Origin: Oscillospiraceae bacterium
GTDB lineage: Bacteria > Bacillota > Clostridia > Oscillospirales > CAG-382
Assembly (NCBI GenBank): GCA_015063785.1
Contig: SVTM01000006.1
Location: forward strand, 22,979-86,978
Length of the DNA: 64,000 nt
Direction: 5' to 3'
Under the pieces are notes generated by a model, which saw only the letters and a list, made by a program, of their open reading frames with translations, ran no database searches and had not been told where the DNA came from. The translations under genes and the position numbers were made by a program. Below, one piece after another: positions 16,140 to 24,628 of this stretch; positions within the stretch are counted from its first letter, which is position 1, and each line of letters begins with the position of its first letter.

Positions 16140-18095
16140 TTGAAAAAAATAGTTGCCGCGGTAACGGTTCTTCCCGTCATCCTTGTGGGCGGAGTGTTCT
16201 TTGCCGTGGGACAGCTCAGAAAAGCCGAGCTTCCCAAAAACATCGACATTGTCGAAAATGGGAAAAGTGAATACCGCATCGTCCGCCGCGACGGAAGCGA
16301 ATTTGACATCACCGCCGCCTGTTCAAACCTTTCGCGCGCCATAAAAAAGCAGACAGGTGTCGAAATAAAAGTTGTCACCGACAAGACCGACCGTTATGAT
16401 GCAGGTGCCGAGATACCCTGCGAAATAATAGTGGGAGATACCAATAGAGAAATCGCCTGTGAGCACGCCGAATCTTTACGCCGCGACGATTTTTCGATCT
16501 GTATGCACGGACGTGATCTCGTCATAAACGCAGGTAGCAACGACGGATATGCCAAGGCAGTAAATCATCTGACAAAAGAGCTTTTGTCAGATGAAGGCCT
16601 TTCGCTTGCTGAAAATTTCGTTTACATCGGCGAGGGTGAATACGCTGTTGATTCGCTGACCTTGTGCGGCAGGGACGTTTCGGAATACACAATTGTTTAC
16701 GAAAACTCCACCGCAAAAAAATATGCCGATCTTTTTGCTTCTGCAATTGCTGAAAAAACGGGATATATTCTTGACGTTTCCGAAAAATCGGCTGACTCCG
16801 CCATAGTTTTCGGAAGCGGAAACATTGCGGACGCCGCATCCTTTAATATTTCGGGCAAGGACGGCAAGATAGCAGTTTCTGCCGCAAGCGGCATGGCTCT
16901 TGAGGCAGCATACAACGAGCTTTCAAAGACACTGTTTGAAAAAGAGGAAAAAACATTGAGTATCGATAATATAAACATCGAAGACAAACTTTCCGCACCG
17001 TCGGAATACACCGCCTTCATCTCGAAAAGAGGCAACCTTTCAAATACTTACAACAAGCTTACAAAAGACAAGAAGCTGACGGTTGCATATTTTGGCGGCT
17101 CGGTCACTGTGGGACACGCCGCATCCGACAGAGCCAAGTATTCATGGCGAGCGCTTACAACAGCGTGGCTTGCCGAAAACTTCCCCGACGCCGAAGTTGT
17201 TGAGATCAATTCTGCCATCGGCGCCACAGGCTCACATCTCGGTGCTTTCAGAACAGAAAAAGACGTCATCGCCTACAAGCCCGACCTGCTCTTTGTGGAA
17301 TATTCGATAAACGACTGCTACAACGGTGAATCCGCCGACTCTGCGGCAGAAAACTACGAGGCAATAATCCGTCAGGTTAGACGCGCGCTTCCCGAATGTG
17401 ATATCGTAAATATTTACGTCACTGATTCGGGCAGAGCATCGGGCGGAGGAGATTTTGCCATAAAGACTGCTTACGAAAAGGTTGCCGAAGCATACGACAT
17501 TCCTGCTGTCGACGTGGGCAAGGCTCTTATAACAAAGAAATTTTTACGCGGAACACAAAGCTCTGACTGGAAAAAATATTTCACCGACATCGTTCATATG
17601 AACGACGCGGGCTTTGCCGAATATGCAAAGGTTATTGAAGAATATCTTGCAAACGAGCTTGTTTTTGAAGAAAACGGCGACAAAAAGGCACACAAGCTGC
17701 CCGAAAAGGTAAACGCCAACGCCGACAGAGAGCTGCAGTTTATTCTTGCTACCGCGGATATGCTCGAAAACTCCAAGGGTTTTGAGTTTGTCGAAAAAGG
17801 CTTTATGTCTGAAACCCCCTGTGCAAAATATGACGGATATCTCAAAACAACTGATGCCGACAACAGCCTGACCTTCACCTTCACCGGCAGCGAGCTTTCG
17901 CTGTTTATGTCAAGCTACACTTCAGGTACAGTCACCTACGAGGTGGACGGAAGAAAATGGCGCGTCGACCGCAATTCGATGAACAATCCCTTCCCCATCG
18001 TAAAAAATCTCGAATACGGCGAACACACGATAACCATGCAATTCGGCTTTAAGGATTCGACGACGGCAAACATCGGCGCTTTCCTTGTGAGATAA
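16140..18095 (+). CDS. membrane-anchored multidomain SGNH/GDSL hydrolase
   Basis: TTG start after GGGGGTG. N-terminal TM anchor. Two tandem alpha/beta domains begin ...ENGKSEYRIV and ...VSEYTIVYEN. SGNH blocks are FGGSVTVG, GATGS, SINDC and DIVHMN. Confidence 0.75.
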   Translation: MKKIVAAVTVLPVILVGGVFFAVGQLRKAELPKNIDIVENGKSEYRIVRRDGSEFDITAACSNLSRAIKKQTGVEIKVVTDKTDRYDAGAEIPCEIIVGDTNREIACEHAESLRRDDFSICMHGRDLVINAGSNDGYAKAVNHLTKELLSDEGLSLAENFVYIGEGEYAVDSLTLCGRDVSEYTIVYENSTAKKYADLFASAIAEKTGYILDVSEKSADSAIVFGSGNIADAASFNISGKDGKIAVSAASGMALEAAYNELSKTLFEKEEKTLSIDNINIEDKLSAPSEYTAFISKRGNLSNTYNKLTKDKKLTVAYFGGSVTVGHAASDRAKYSWRALTTAWLAENFPDAEVVEINSAIGATGSHLGAFRTEKDVIAYKPDLLFVEYSINDCYNGESADSAAENYEAIIRQVRRALPECDIVNIYVTDSGRASGGGDFAIKTAYEKVAEAYDIPAVDVGKALITKKFLRGTQSSDWKKYFTDIVHMNDAGFAEYAKVIEEYLANELVFEENGDKKAHKLPEKVNANADRELQFILATADMLENSKGFEFVEKGFMSETPCAKYDGYLKTTDADNSLTFTFTGSELSLFMSSYTSGTVTYEVDGRKWRVDRNSMNNPFPIVKNLEYGEHTITMQFGFKDSTTANIGAFLVR

Positions 18096-18107
18096 GGAGA
18101 AAATGTT

Positions 18108-18530
18108 TTGAGAATAATGGGAGTAGATTTCGGCGAAGCCCGCATGGGACTTGCTCTTTCCGATCCGACGGGACTTCTTGCCGGCGGCATCGGCACCTTT
18201 AAGGTCACGGGCATCAAAAACGCCGTAAAGATAGTCTGCGAAAAGGCAAAGGAAAACGACGTTTCGCTTGTGGTCATCGGTCTTCCCAAGAACATGAACG
18301 GTACCGAAGGCGACAGAGCGGCACGATCACGCAAATTTGCCGCCATGATCGAGGAGGCGTCCGGCCTTCCGACAGAGCTTTGTGACGAGCGCCGCACCAC
18401 CATCCTTGCCGCAGGATATATGTCTGAAACAGGAACCTTTGGCAAAAAACGAAAGGAGTCGATCGACACCCTTTCAGCACAAATAATCCTCCAAACCTAT
18501 CTTGACAAAAAGAAAAACCTGGGTTTTTGA
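18108..18530 (+). CDS. ruvX: Holliday junction resolvase-like / pre-16S rRNA nuclease RuvX (YqgF)
   Basis: IMGVDFGEARMGLALSD and VVIGLPKNMNGTEG motifs. AAGGAGA RBS precedes TTG 18108. Confidence 0.85.
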   Translation: MRIMGVDFGEARMGLALSDPTGLLAGGIGTFKVTGIKNAVKIVCEKAKENDVSLVVIGLPKNMNGTEGDRAARSRKFAAMIEEASGLPTELCDERRTTILAAGYMSETGTFGKKRKESIDTLSAQIILQTYLDKKKNLGF

Positions 18531-18570
18531 TAAAAAAATCGCAATTTTCTTAAAAAATTTTCAAATTCAC

Positions 18571-18600
18571 TTGACAAGCAGGTGTGGTTTAGTGTATAAT
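18571..18600 (+). promoter_or_regulatory. sigma-A promoter upstream of rpmH
   Basis: TTGACA (18571-18576), 18-nt spacer, TGtATAAT (18593-18600). Confidence 0.65.
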
Positions 18601-18776
18601 GCGGTATATCGGCAAAATGTGCAATTGCGCAAATCTCGGGGGTCAAGCTTCCCTGTGTTCGGGTGAAAGCCTTGCGGTTTCGGCAAAAATCTCCCCGTTG
18701 CGCTCCTTTTGCGGCTTTTCCGCCGCCACATCCCGACTTAAACAAGATCATTATTCAGAAAGGCAGGTGCGAAAGC

Positions 18777-18911
18777 ATGGTTAGAACATATCAGCCCAAG
18801 AAGCTCCAGAGAAAGAAAGAGCACGGCTTCAGAAAGCGTATGAAAACCTCCAACGGCAGAAAGGTTCTGAAGAGAAGACGCCTTAAGGGCAGAGCAAGAC
18901 TCACATACTGA
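18777..18911 (+). CDS. rpmH: 50S ribosomal protein L34
   Basis: [44 protein letters not shown] is a near-universal L34 sequence. Confidence 0.95.
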   Translation: MVRTYQPKKLQRKKEHGFRKRMKTSNGRKVLKRRRLKGRARLTY

Positions 18912-18964
18912 TTCTTGTTTGTTCGCCGCGCCGTACAAGCTTGTTTTTAAAACAGTTGCAAAAC

Positions 18965-19015
18965 AGGGTGCCCCATGTCGGCGTTTTTCGCCGATTTCCG
19001 TGAGCACCCTTTTTT
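18965..19015 (+). terminator. hairpin plus T-tract between rpmH and rnpA (partial terminator/attenuator)
   Basis: GGGTGC (18966-18971) pairs with GCACCC (19004-19009). An inner CGGCG/CGCCG helix is present. Followed by TTTTTT (19010-19015). Confidence 0.6.
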
Positions 19016-19049
19016 GCTGAATGTTTTGGAAAGAGAGAAACGAGGGCAA

Positions 19050-19442
19050 ATGAGAAAACTTATTCTTCCGTTAAAAGAAAATCATCTGTTTTCAAAGACC
19101 TACGCCAGGGGAAAAAGCGAGGTTTCAAAGCTTTGCGCCGTTTATATCATGCGCAATTTCAAACGCAACCCCGACGGCAGTCCCATGAAAACAAAACTCG
19201 GCATCACCGTTAACCGCAAGCTCGGAAAAGCTTGCAAGAGAAACCGCGTCAAACGGCTGATAAGAGAGGCGTACCGCGATAATTACGAATATATCAAGGA
19301 CGGGTATATCATGATAATCGCCGCCCGCGCCGCGGCCTTTGCGCCCCATGTCAAGGCGCAGGATATGTCAAGGGCATTCAAAAAAATAGTCTCGAGAGAC
19401 GACTTTTTCAACATTCCGAAAAAGCCGCAAAAAAAGAACTGA
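19050..19442 (+). CDS. rnpA: ribonuclease P protein component
   Basis: LKENHLFSKTYARGK...ITVNRKLGKACKRNRVKRLIREAYR (RNR motif). Position immediately after rpmH. Confidence 0.9.
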   Translation: MRKLILPLKENHLFSKTYARGKSEVSKLCAVYIMRNFKRNPDGSPMKTKLGITVNRKLGKACKRNRVKRLIREAYRDNYEYIKDGYIMIIAARAAAFAPHVKAQDMSRAFKKIVSRDDFFNIPKKPQKKN

Positions 19443-19478
19443 CAGCATTTTTAGTCTTGGGCTGTCGCATTTTTATCT

Positions 19479-19769
19479 ATGAAAAGAATTTGTATCGCCT
19501 GTATCCGATTTTACAGGAAAAATCTTTCGAAGCTGAAAGGCAAGCCATCGTGCAAATACTATCCGACCTGCTCGGAATACTCGATCACCGCTTTTGAAAA
19601 GCACGGTTTTTTCAAGGGCTTGTTTCTTTCGGTATGGAGACTTTTGCGGTGCAATCCCTGGAGCCGCGGAGGCATAGATTACGTCCCCGGCACCGACGAT
19701 TACTACCGCATAAAACTTGAGTCCGCAAAAGAAAAAGAAACAAAACAACAAAACAACGAAAACAACTGA
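19479..19769 (+). CDS. yidD: membrane protein insertion efficiency factor YidD
   Basis: [19 protein letters not shown]...[16 protein letters not shown] is the YidD signature. Confidence 0.9.
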   Translation: MKRICIACIRFYRKNLSKLKGKPSCKYYPTCSEYSITAFEKHGFFKGLFLSVWRLLRCNPWSRGGIDYVPGTDDYYRIKLESAKEKETKQQNNENN

Positions 19770-19792
19770 TTCACCTATAGGAGTGATTTGAA

Positions 19793-21247
19793 ATGAAAAA
19801 AAGCATAAGCTCAATGCTCAAGAAAAGCTCGGCTCTTCTCGCGCTGATCTTTGTTCTGACGTCGGCTTTCTCGTTCTGCGTATTTGCAGAGCCCGAAAAC
19901 GAAATCGAAGAGCCTGCCGTCACAACCGAAGCCGAAGAAAAGTCAGAGGAAACAGAAACCACAGAAAAAACAGAAGACCCTAAAGACAAGACTGAAGAAA
20001 AAGCAGAATCCGAAACAAAGGAAGAACCTGAAACAAAGGAAGAACCTGAAACAAAGGAAGAACCCGAAACAGAAGCTGTGAAAATCCCCGTAACCATCGC
20101 AGGCGGTGGAGTAAAGATCTTCTCCGACATCCTCGGATTTTTCACAAAGTACCTCGGATACATCGCAGGTATCCTTGTGTTTGCCCTTATCGTCAAGATA
20201 ATCCTCTTCCCTCTGTCGATCAAGCAGCAGAAAAACTCCCAGAAGATGGCAAAGCTTGCTCCCAAGCAAGAAGCTATCCGCAAAAAGTATGCAGGCCGCA
20301 ACGACAGAGCCACCCAAATGAAGATGAACGAAGAGATCCAGCGCCTTTACGCTGAAGAAAAGTTCAATCCCATGGGCGGATGTCTGCCTATGCTTTTGCA
20401 GCTTCCCATCATCCTTCTTCTTTACACCACAATCAACTCTCCCCTCACCTCCATGTCCAAGACTGCCGACTATTACGTCGAAATGGACGATATCAGTGGA
20501 ATTATCGAGCAAAACGTTGAAGAATACGGCTATGATCCCGAAATAACAAAGATCAATATAACCCAGGCAAAGGCTCTTTCGCTTATTGCCAACGCAACCT
20601 TCGACTTTGACGATCTTTCCGACGTTGACAAAGACGAAAAGATCGTGAGCGTTTCGGAAGAACAGAAGGTAAATGTTGAAAAGCTCCGCAGCTACTACAA
20701 ATCCTTCAACGCAGGTCCCATCAATCTGATGGAAACTCCCCGTCCCAGCCATTTGCTCGACTGGATAATCCCCGTCCTCACCTTCCTTTCGTCCTTCTTC
20801 TCGACAAAGCTTATCAGAAAGTTCACCTACAATCCCAACGGTGCGCAGGCTGATGCTTCGATGAAGCTTATGGACTGGACAATGCCCCTTATGATCCTCT
20901 GGTTCAGCTTCCAGGTTCCTGCCCTCATCGGTGTTTACTGGATCTTCCAAAATATCATCTCGATCGGCCAGCAGTTTGCCCTTAGCAAGCTCTACCCCGT
21001 AAAGGCACCCACCCCCGAAGAGATCCGCGAAGCAGAGCTTCTTATGCGCGGCAAAAAATCATCCAAGCGCGACGATGACGACGATCGCTATGAAAGAAAG
21101 CAGTCGGCTCCCGCCATAGGGAAAGCTCCCATCAAGAAAAAGAAGTCCAACTCCCCCTTCATCTACGCAAAGAAGGGCATTGACGACAAGTATCTTGCAA
21201 AGGTCAAGGCAAAGGGCGTTGTTCCCAAGGCAAAAATGAAGCCTTAA
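19793..21247 (+). CDS. yidC: YidC/Oxa1-family membrane insertase, unusually long (484 aa)
   Basis: Core motifs PLSIKQQKNSQKMAKL, NPMGGCLPMLLQLPII and ALIGVYWIFQNIISIGQQ. N-terminal acidic repeat region, ~95-aa insertion after TM2, Lys-rich C-tail. Confidence 0.9.
   Translation: MKKSISSMLKKSSALLALIFVLTSAFSFCVFAEPENEIEEPAVTTEAEEKSEETETTEKTEDPKDKTEEKAESETKEEPETKEEPETKEEPETEAVKIPVTIAGGGVKIFSDILGFFTKYLGYIAGILVFALIVKIILFPLSIKQQKNSQKMAKLAPKQEAIRKKYAGRNDRATQMKMNEEIQRLYAEEKFNPMGGCLPMLLQLPIILLLYTTINSPLTSMSKTADYYVEMDDISGIIEQNVEEYGYDPEITKINITQAKALSLIANATFDFDDLSDVDKDEKIVSVSEEQKVNVEKLRSYYKSFNAGPINLMETPRPSHLLDWIIPVLTFLSSFFSTKLIRKFTYNPNGAQADASMKLMDWTMPLMILWFSFQVPALIGVYWIFQNIISIGQQFALSKLYPVKAPTPEEIREAELLMRGKKSSKRDDDDDRYERKQSAPAIGKAPIKKKKSNSPFIYAKKGIDDKYLAKVKAKGVVPKAKMKP
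20012..20071 (+). repeat. 18-nt tandem repeat (3.3 copies) inside yidC encoding (ETKEEP)n
   Basis: GAAACAAAGGAAGAACCT at 20012, 20030 and 20048 (last copy has one T-to-C change), then a partial copy. Confidence 0.9.
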
Positions 21248-21316
21248 AGTCAGATACACTGCAAAACATTTTTTAAAAACCTGCGCAAACAGGCAGGAAA
21301 AAGGAGAAAATATTTT

Positions 21317-22012
21317 ATGGAAATCATCGTATCAGCAAAAACGATCGATGCCGCCGTTGCACTTGGTGCAGAAAAGCTCGGCAGAGACGTTTCGTCTGTA
21401 ACCTATACAGTACTCGAAGAACCCAAAAAGGGTCTTTTCGGAATCGGCGCGGCAGACGCAAAGGTTAAAGTTTGTGCAAAGGACACCGCCGAAGACCTCA
21501 CCCTCAACTTCCTCAACACCCTCATCCGCAACATGGGCATCGACGCAGAAGCAAAGATCGTTGACGTAAGCGAAAGCATTCCCGAGGGCAAGACCCTTGT
21601 GGAAAAGAACATCTCGGTCGAGATCTCGGCAGGCGCAGATGCTGACGGCAGAGGCCTTGGCATCATCATCGGCCACCACGGCGAAGTGCTGGATTCCATC
21701 CAGTATCTTGCAAACCTTGCCGCAAGCAAGTTCCCCAAGGACGAAAACGGCCATCAGTATATCAAGGTATCCATCGATGCCGAAAACTACCGCGCAAAGC
21801 GCGAAGAAAAGCTTAAGGAGCTTGCACGCCGCATGGCAAACAAGGCTCTCAACTATCGCCGCAACATGACTCTCGAGCCTATGGCGGCATACGAACGCCG
21901 CATCATTCATTCCGAGATCCAGAATATCCGCGGAGTTCACACCTATTCGATCGGTGCCGAGAGCGACAGACGCGTTGTCATCGCATACGGCGACGAAGAA
22001 GCAGAAGACTGA
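21317..22012 (+). CDS. khpB: RNA-binding protein Jag/KhpB (Jag_N, KH and R3H domains)
   Basis: N-terminal EEPKKGLFGIG motif and C-terminal R3H region LEPMAAYERRIIHSEIQ. Follows yidC as in the spoIIIJ-jag arrangement. Confidence 0.85.
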   Translation: MEIIVSAKTIDAAVALGAEKLGRDVSSVTYTVLEEPKKGLFGIGAADAKVKVCAKDTAEDLTLNFLNTLIRNMGIDAEAKIVDVSESIPEGKTLVEKNISVEISAGADADGRGLGIIIGHHGEVLDSIQYLANLAASKFPKDENGHQYIKVSIDAENYRAKREEKLKELARRMANKALNYRRNMTLEPMAAYERRIIHSEIQNIRGVHTYSIGAESDRRVVIAYGDEEAED

Positions 22013-22027
22013 TCAAATAAAAGCGCA

Positions 22028-22062
22028 ACGGGACGTCAGCAAAGGCTGACGTCCCGTTTTTT
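22028..22062 (+). terminator. rho-independent terminator after jag
   Basis: ACGGGACGTCAGC (22028-22040) pairs with GCTGACGTCCCGT (22045-22057), followed by TTTTTT. Confidence 0.9.
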
Positions 22063-22068
22063 GCTTGC

Positions 22069-22110
22069 AAAAAGAAAAAGCGGAAACGCCCGAATTAAAA
22101 GGCGTCTCCG
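22069..22110 (-). terminator. rho-independent terminator of the nadABC operon
   Basis: On the minus strand: CGGAGACGCC...GGCGTTTCCG stem (one mismatch) followed by CTTTTTCTTTTT. Confidence 0.65.
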
Positions 22111-22204
22111 ATATTTTTCTCAATATTAACTTGTGTCGAATGCCGATCATGTTTCCACACGAAAGGATAGGCGGAAACAACAGTTGTTCAGCACTGTGAA
22201 AAAA

Positions 22205-23050
22205 TCACTGATTAAGCTTGAATTTAAGGCTTATGTCGGCAGCTTTTATGGTGTGGGTGAGGGCACCGATCGAAATGATGTCCACCCCTGTTTTTGCAAC
22301 TTCGTAAAGGTTGCGTCTGTCCATGTTGCCCGATGCTTCAAGGAGAGCTCTGCCCGAAACAATCTTCACACATTCCGCCATCTGCTCGTTGGACATGTTG
22401 TCAAGCATAATAATGTCGGCTCCCGCCTCCAGCGCTTCGTTCAGCTGGTCAACAGTTTCCACCTCCACCTCGATCTTCAGGGTGTGGGGAATAAATCTTC
22501 TTGCGTTTGTCACGGCGGCAGTGATGCTACCTGCCGCGGCAATGTGATTATCTTTAATAAGAACTCCATCGGCAAGGTTATATCGGTGGTTTGTGCCTCC
22601 GCCGATGCGCACGGCGTATTTTTCAAGTGCGCGCATGCCGGGGGTGGTCTTTCGGGTGTCGGCGATCTTTGCCTTTGTGCCCTTTACCATTTCCACACAT
22701 TCCGCCGTTCTCTGCGCCACGCCCGAAAGCCTTTGCATAATGTTTAGAGCACATCTTTCTGCCGTGAGCATACTGCGTGCGTTGCCGTCAACTTCAGCAA
22801 TAACGTCGCCTGTTTTCACAAGGTCACCGTCCGAGAAATACGCTTTGAAACAGACTGTTTCGTCAATCTTGTGAAATACCTTTTCTGCCACGTCAATGCC
22901 GCAGATAACAGTGTCCTGCTTGGCAATAAATCTGCCGTGGGCAGTGGTGTTTTCAGGTATTGTGGAAAGGGTCGTTATGTCGCCCGATCCAATATCCTCT
23001 TCAAGGGCAAGCTCTATTATTTTGTCTATCTGAGTGTTGTATATCTGCAT
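22205..23050 (-). CDS. nadC: nicotinate-nucleotide pyrophosphorylase (carboxylating)
   Basis: TRKTTPGMRALEKYAVRIGGGTNHRYNL and IEVEVETVDQ...IIMLDNM motifs. Confidence 0.9.
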   Translation of the reverse strand: MQIYNTQIDKIIELALEEDIGSGDITTLSTIPENTTAHGRFIAKQDTVICGIDVAEKVFHKIDETVCFKAYFSDGDLVKTGDVIAEVDGNARSMLTAERCALNIMQRLSGVAQRTAECVEMVKGTKAKIADTRKTTPGMRALEKYAVRIGGGTNHRYNLADGVLIKDNHIAAAGSITAAVTNARRFIPHTLKIEVEVETVDQLNEALEAGADIIMLDNMSNEQMAECVKIVSGRALLEASGNMDRRNLYEVAKTGVDIISIGALTHTIKAADISLKFKLNQ

Positions 23051-23065
23051 ATTTTTCTCCTCAAA

Positions 23066-24628
23066 TCATTCTGTTATATAGTGCGAGCCAATGCTTTCTC
23101 GGCGCGAAAGGGCGGCGTCTACAATATCCATCGCCGTATTTATTCCGCTGAAAAGAGCATATCCCGCGCAGTTTGTAAAATTGACGTCACAGTATTTTTC
23201 ATAAAGTCGTAAAAGCTCGCCCTTTGCCTCAAGAAGCTTTCCAACTGTTCTTTCGGCACCCACCTTTTCGGTCATAACGGCTTTTATTTTCTGCATATCC
23301 GAAAGAATCTCAGGTTTTTCCACGCATTTTGTGAAATGGGTGTTTTTTCCAAACTCCGCTTTATCGGGAATACTTCTTGGATTGCGGTTGATATACTCTG
23401 CGGCACGCTTCGCAAAAACCACACATTCAAGGGTGGAATTTGACGCCAGACGGTTTGCGCCGTGAACACCCGTGCACGCCGCCTCACCACAAACAAAAAG
23501 CCCGTCGACGCTAGTTTTTGCATCAAGGTCTGTAACCACGCCGCCCATCAGATAATGCTGGGTGGGATGTACGGGAATAAGATCGTCTGGTGGGAAAATG
23601 CCGTTTTCGTGGCACTTTGCCGTAATGGTGGGAAAACTTTTTTCAAAAAAATCTTTGGTCATCGACGATGTGTCAAGATAAACTCTGTCGTCGCCTACCC
23701 TTCTCATTTCAGCAAGGATCGCACGCGTTACTATATCACGGGGCGCAAGATCTTTTTGCGGATGCTGACCGGGGAAGCTCATAAAGCTTTCGCCGTTTTT
23801 GTTTTTCAGTATCGCGCCTTCGCCGCGCACCGCTTCTGAGATCAAAAAGACTCTCTCCCCCTCCCTGTGTATGGCAAAGGCAGTGGGATGAAACTGTACA
23901 AACTCCATATCTGCAAGCTCGCATCCCGCACGCTTGCAGGCGGCAATTCCCTCGCCGGTGTTGCCCTCGGGGGTAGTGGAATAGCGATAAAGCTGACCTG
24001 CGCCACCCGTGGCAACCACAAGATTTGCGCACCGCACAACAAAATCACAAGCACCGTCATTTATAACGGCACCACAAACACCTTCTTTGTCGGTCAGTAT
24101 ATCAACGCATGTGTGATTCCAGAAAACTTTAATATTTTTACGCGCCATAACAGCATTGCCCAAGGCCTTTGTTATCTCGCGCCCTGTAGCGTCACCGCCG
24201 CAATGGAGAATACGCCTTTTTCCGTGGCCGCCTTCTCTTGTCAGCTTCAGCTTTCCGTCGTCACCTATATCAAAATGCACGCCATAGTCGATAAGCTTGC
24301 GCACACTTTCGGGACCACCCTTCACCATAACGCGAACTGCGTCTTCGTTACAATGTCCTGCACCTGCACAAAGGGTATCGGCAACGTGTTCTTCAAAACT
24401 GTCGTCAGCACCGAGAACACAGCACATTCCGCCCTGGGCGAGAAAGGACGATCCGTCCTCGATCCTTCCCTTTACAAAAACGGCGACTTTATATTTTTCG
24501 TCAAGCTCAAGGGCAGCAAAAAGACCTGCCATGCCGCCGCCGATTACGGCAACGTCAAAAGCTTTATCATCTTTCAGCACAGGCTTGTTGTACAGAGAAT
24601 TATTGAAAATATATCTTCTTTTTTCCAT
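23066..24628 (-). CDS. nadB: L-aspartate oxidase
   Basis: FAD-binding VAVIGGGMAGL, AQGGM, and the HGANRLASNS motif. Confidence 0.9.
   Translation of the reverse strand: MEKRRYIFNNSLYNKPVLKDDKAFDVAVIGGGMAGLFAALELDEKYKVAVFVKGRIEDGSSFLAQGGMCCVLGADDSFEEHVADTLCAGAGHCNEDAVRVMVKGGPESVRKLIDYGVHFDIGDDGKLKLTREGGHGKRRILHCGGDATGREITKALGNAVMARKNIKVFWNHTCVDILTDKEGVCGAVINDGACDFVVRCANLVVATGGAGQLYRYSTTPEGNTGEGIAACKRAGCELADMEFVQFHPTAFAIHREGERVFLISEAVRGEGAILKNKNGESFMSFPGQHPQKDLAPRDIVTRAILAEMRRVGDDRVYLDTSSMTKDFFEKSFPTITAKCHENGIFPPDDLIPVHPTQHYLMGGVVTDLDAKTSVDGLFVCGEAACTGVHGANRLASNSTLECVVFAKRAAEYINRNPRSIPDKAEFGKNTHFTKCVEKPEILSDMQKIKAVMTEKVGAERTVGKLLEAKGELLRLYEKYCDVNFTNCAGYALFSGINTAMDIVDAALSRRESIGSHYITE

Noticed and set aside
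18531-18776. oriC / DnaA-box cluster next to rpmH.
   Set aside because: No TTATCCACA-type boxes occur with one mismatch or fewer. No dnaA is nearby, and the AT-rich unwinding element is absent.
20012-20071. Tandem repeats (also 50970-51116) considered as possible CRISPR or minisatellite.
   Set aside because: The periods are 18 and 12/24 nt with no unique spacers, and the repeats lie in frame inside yidC and secG. They are coding low-complexity repeats, not CRISPR.
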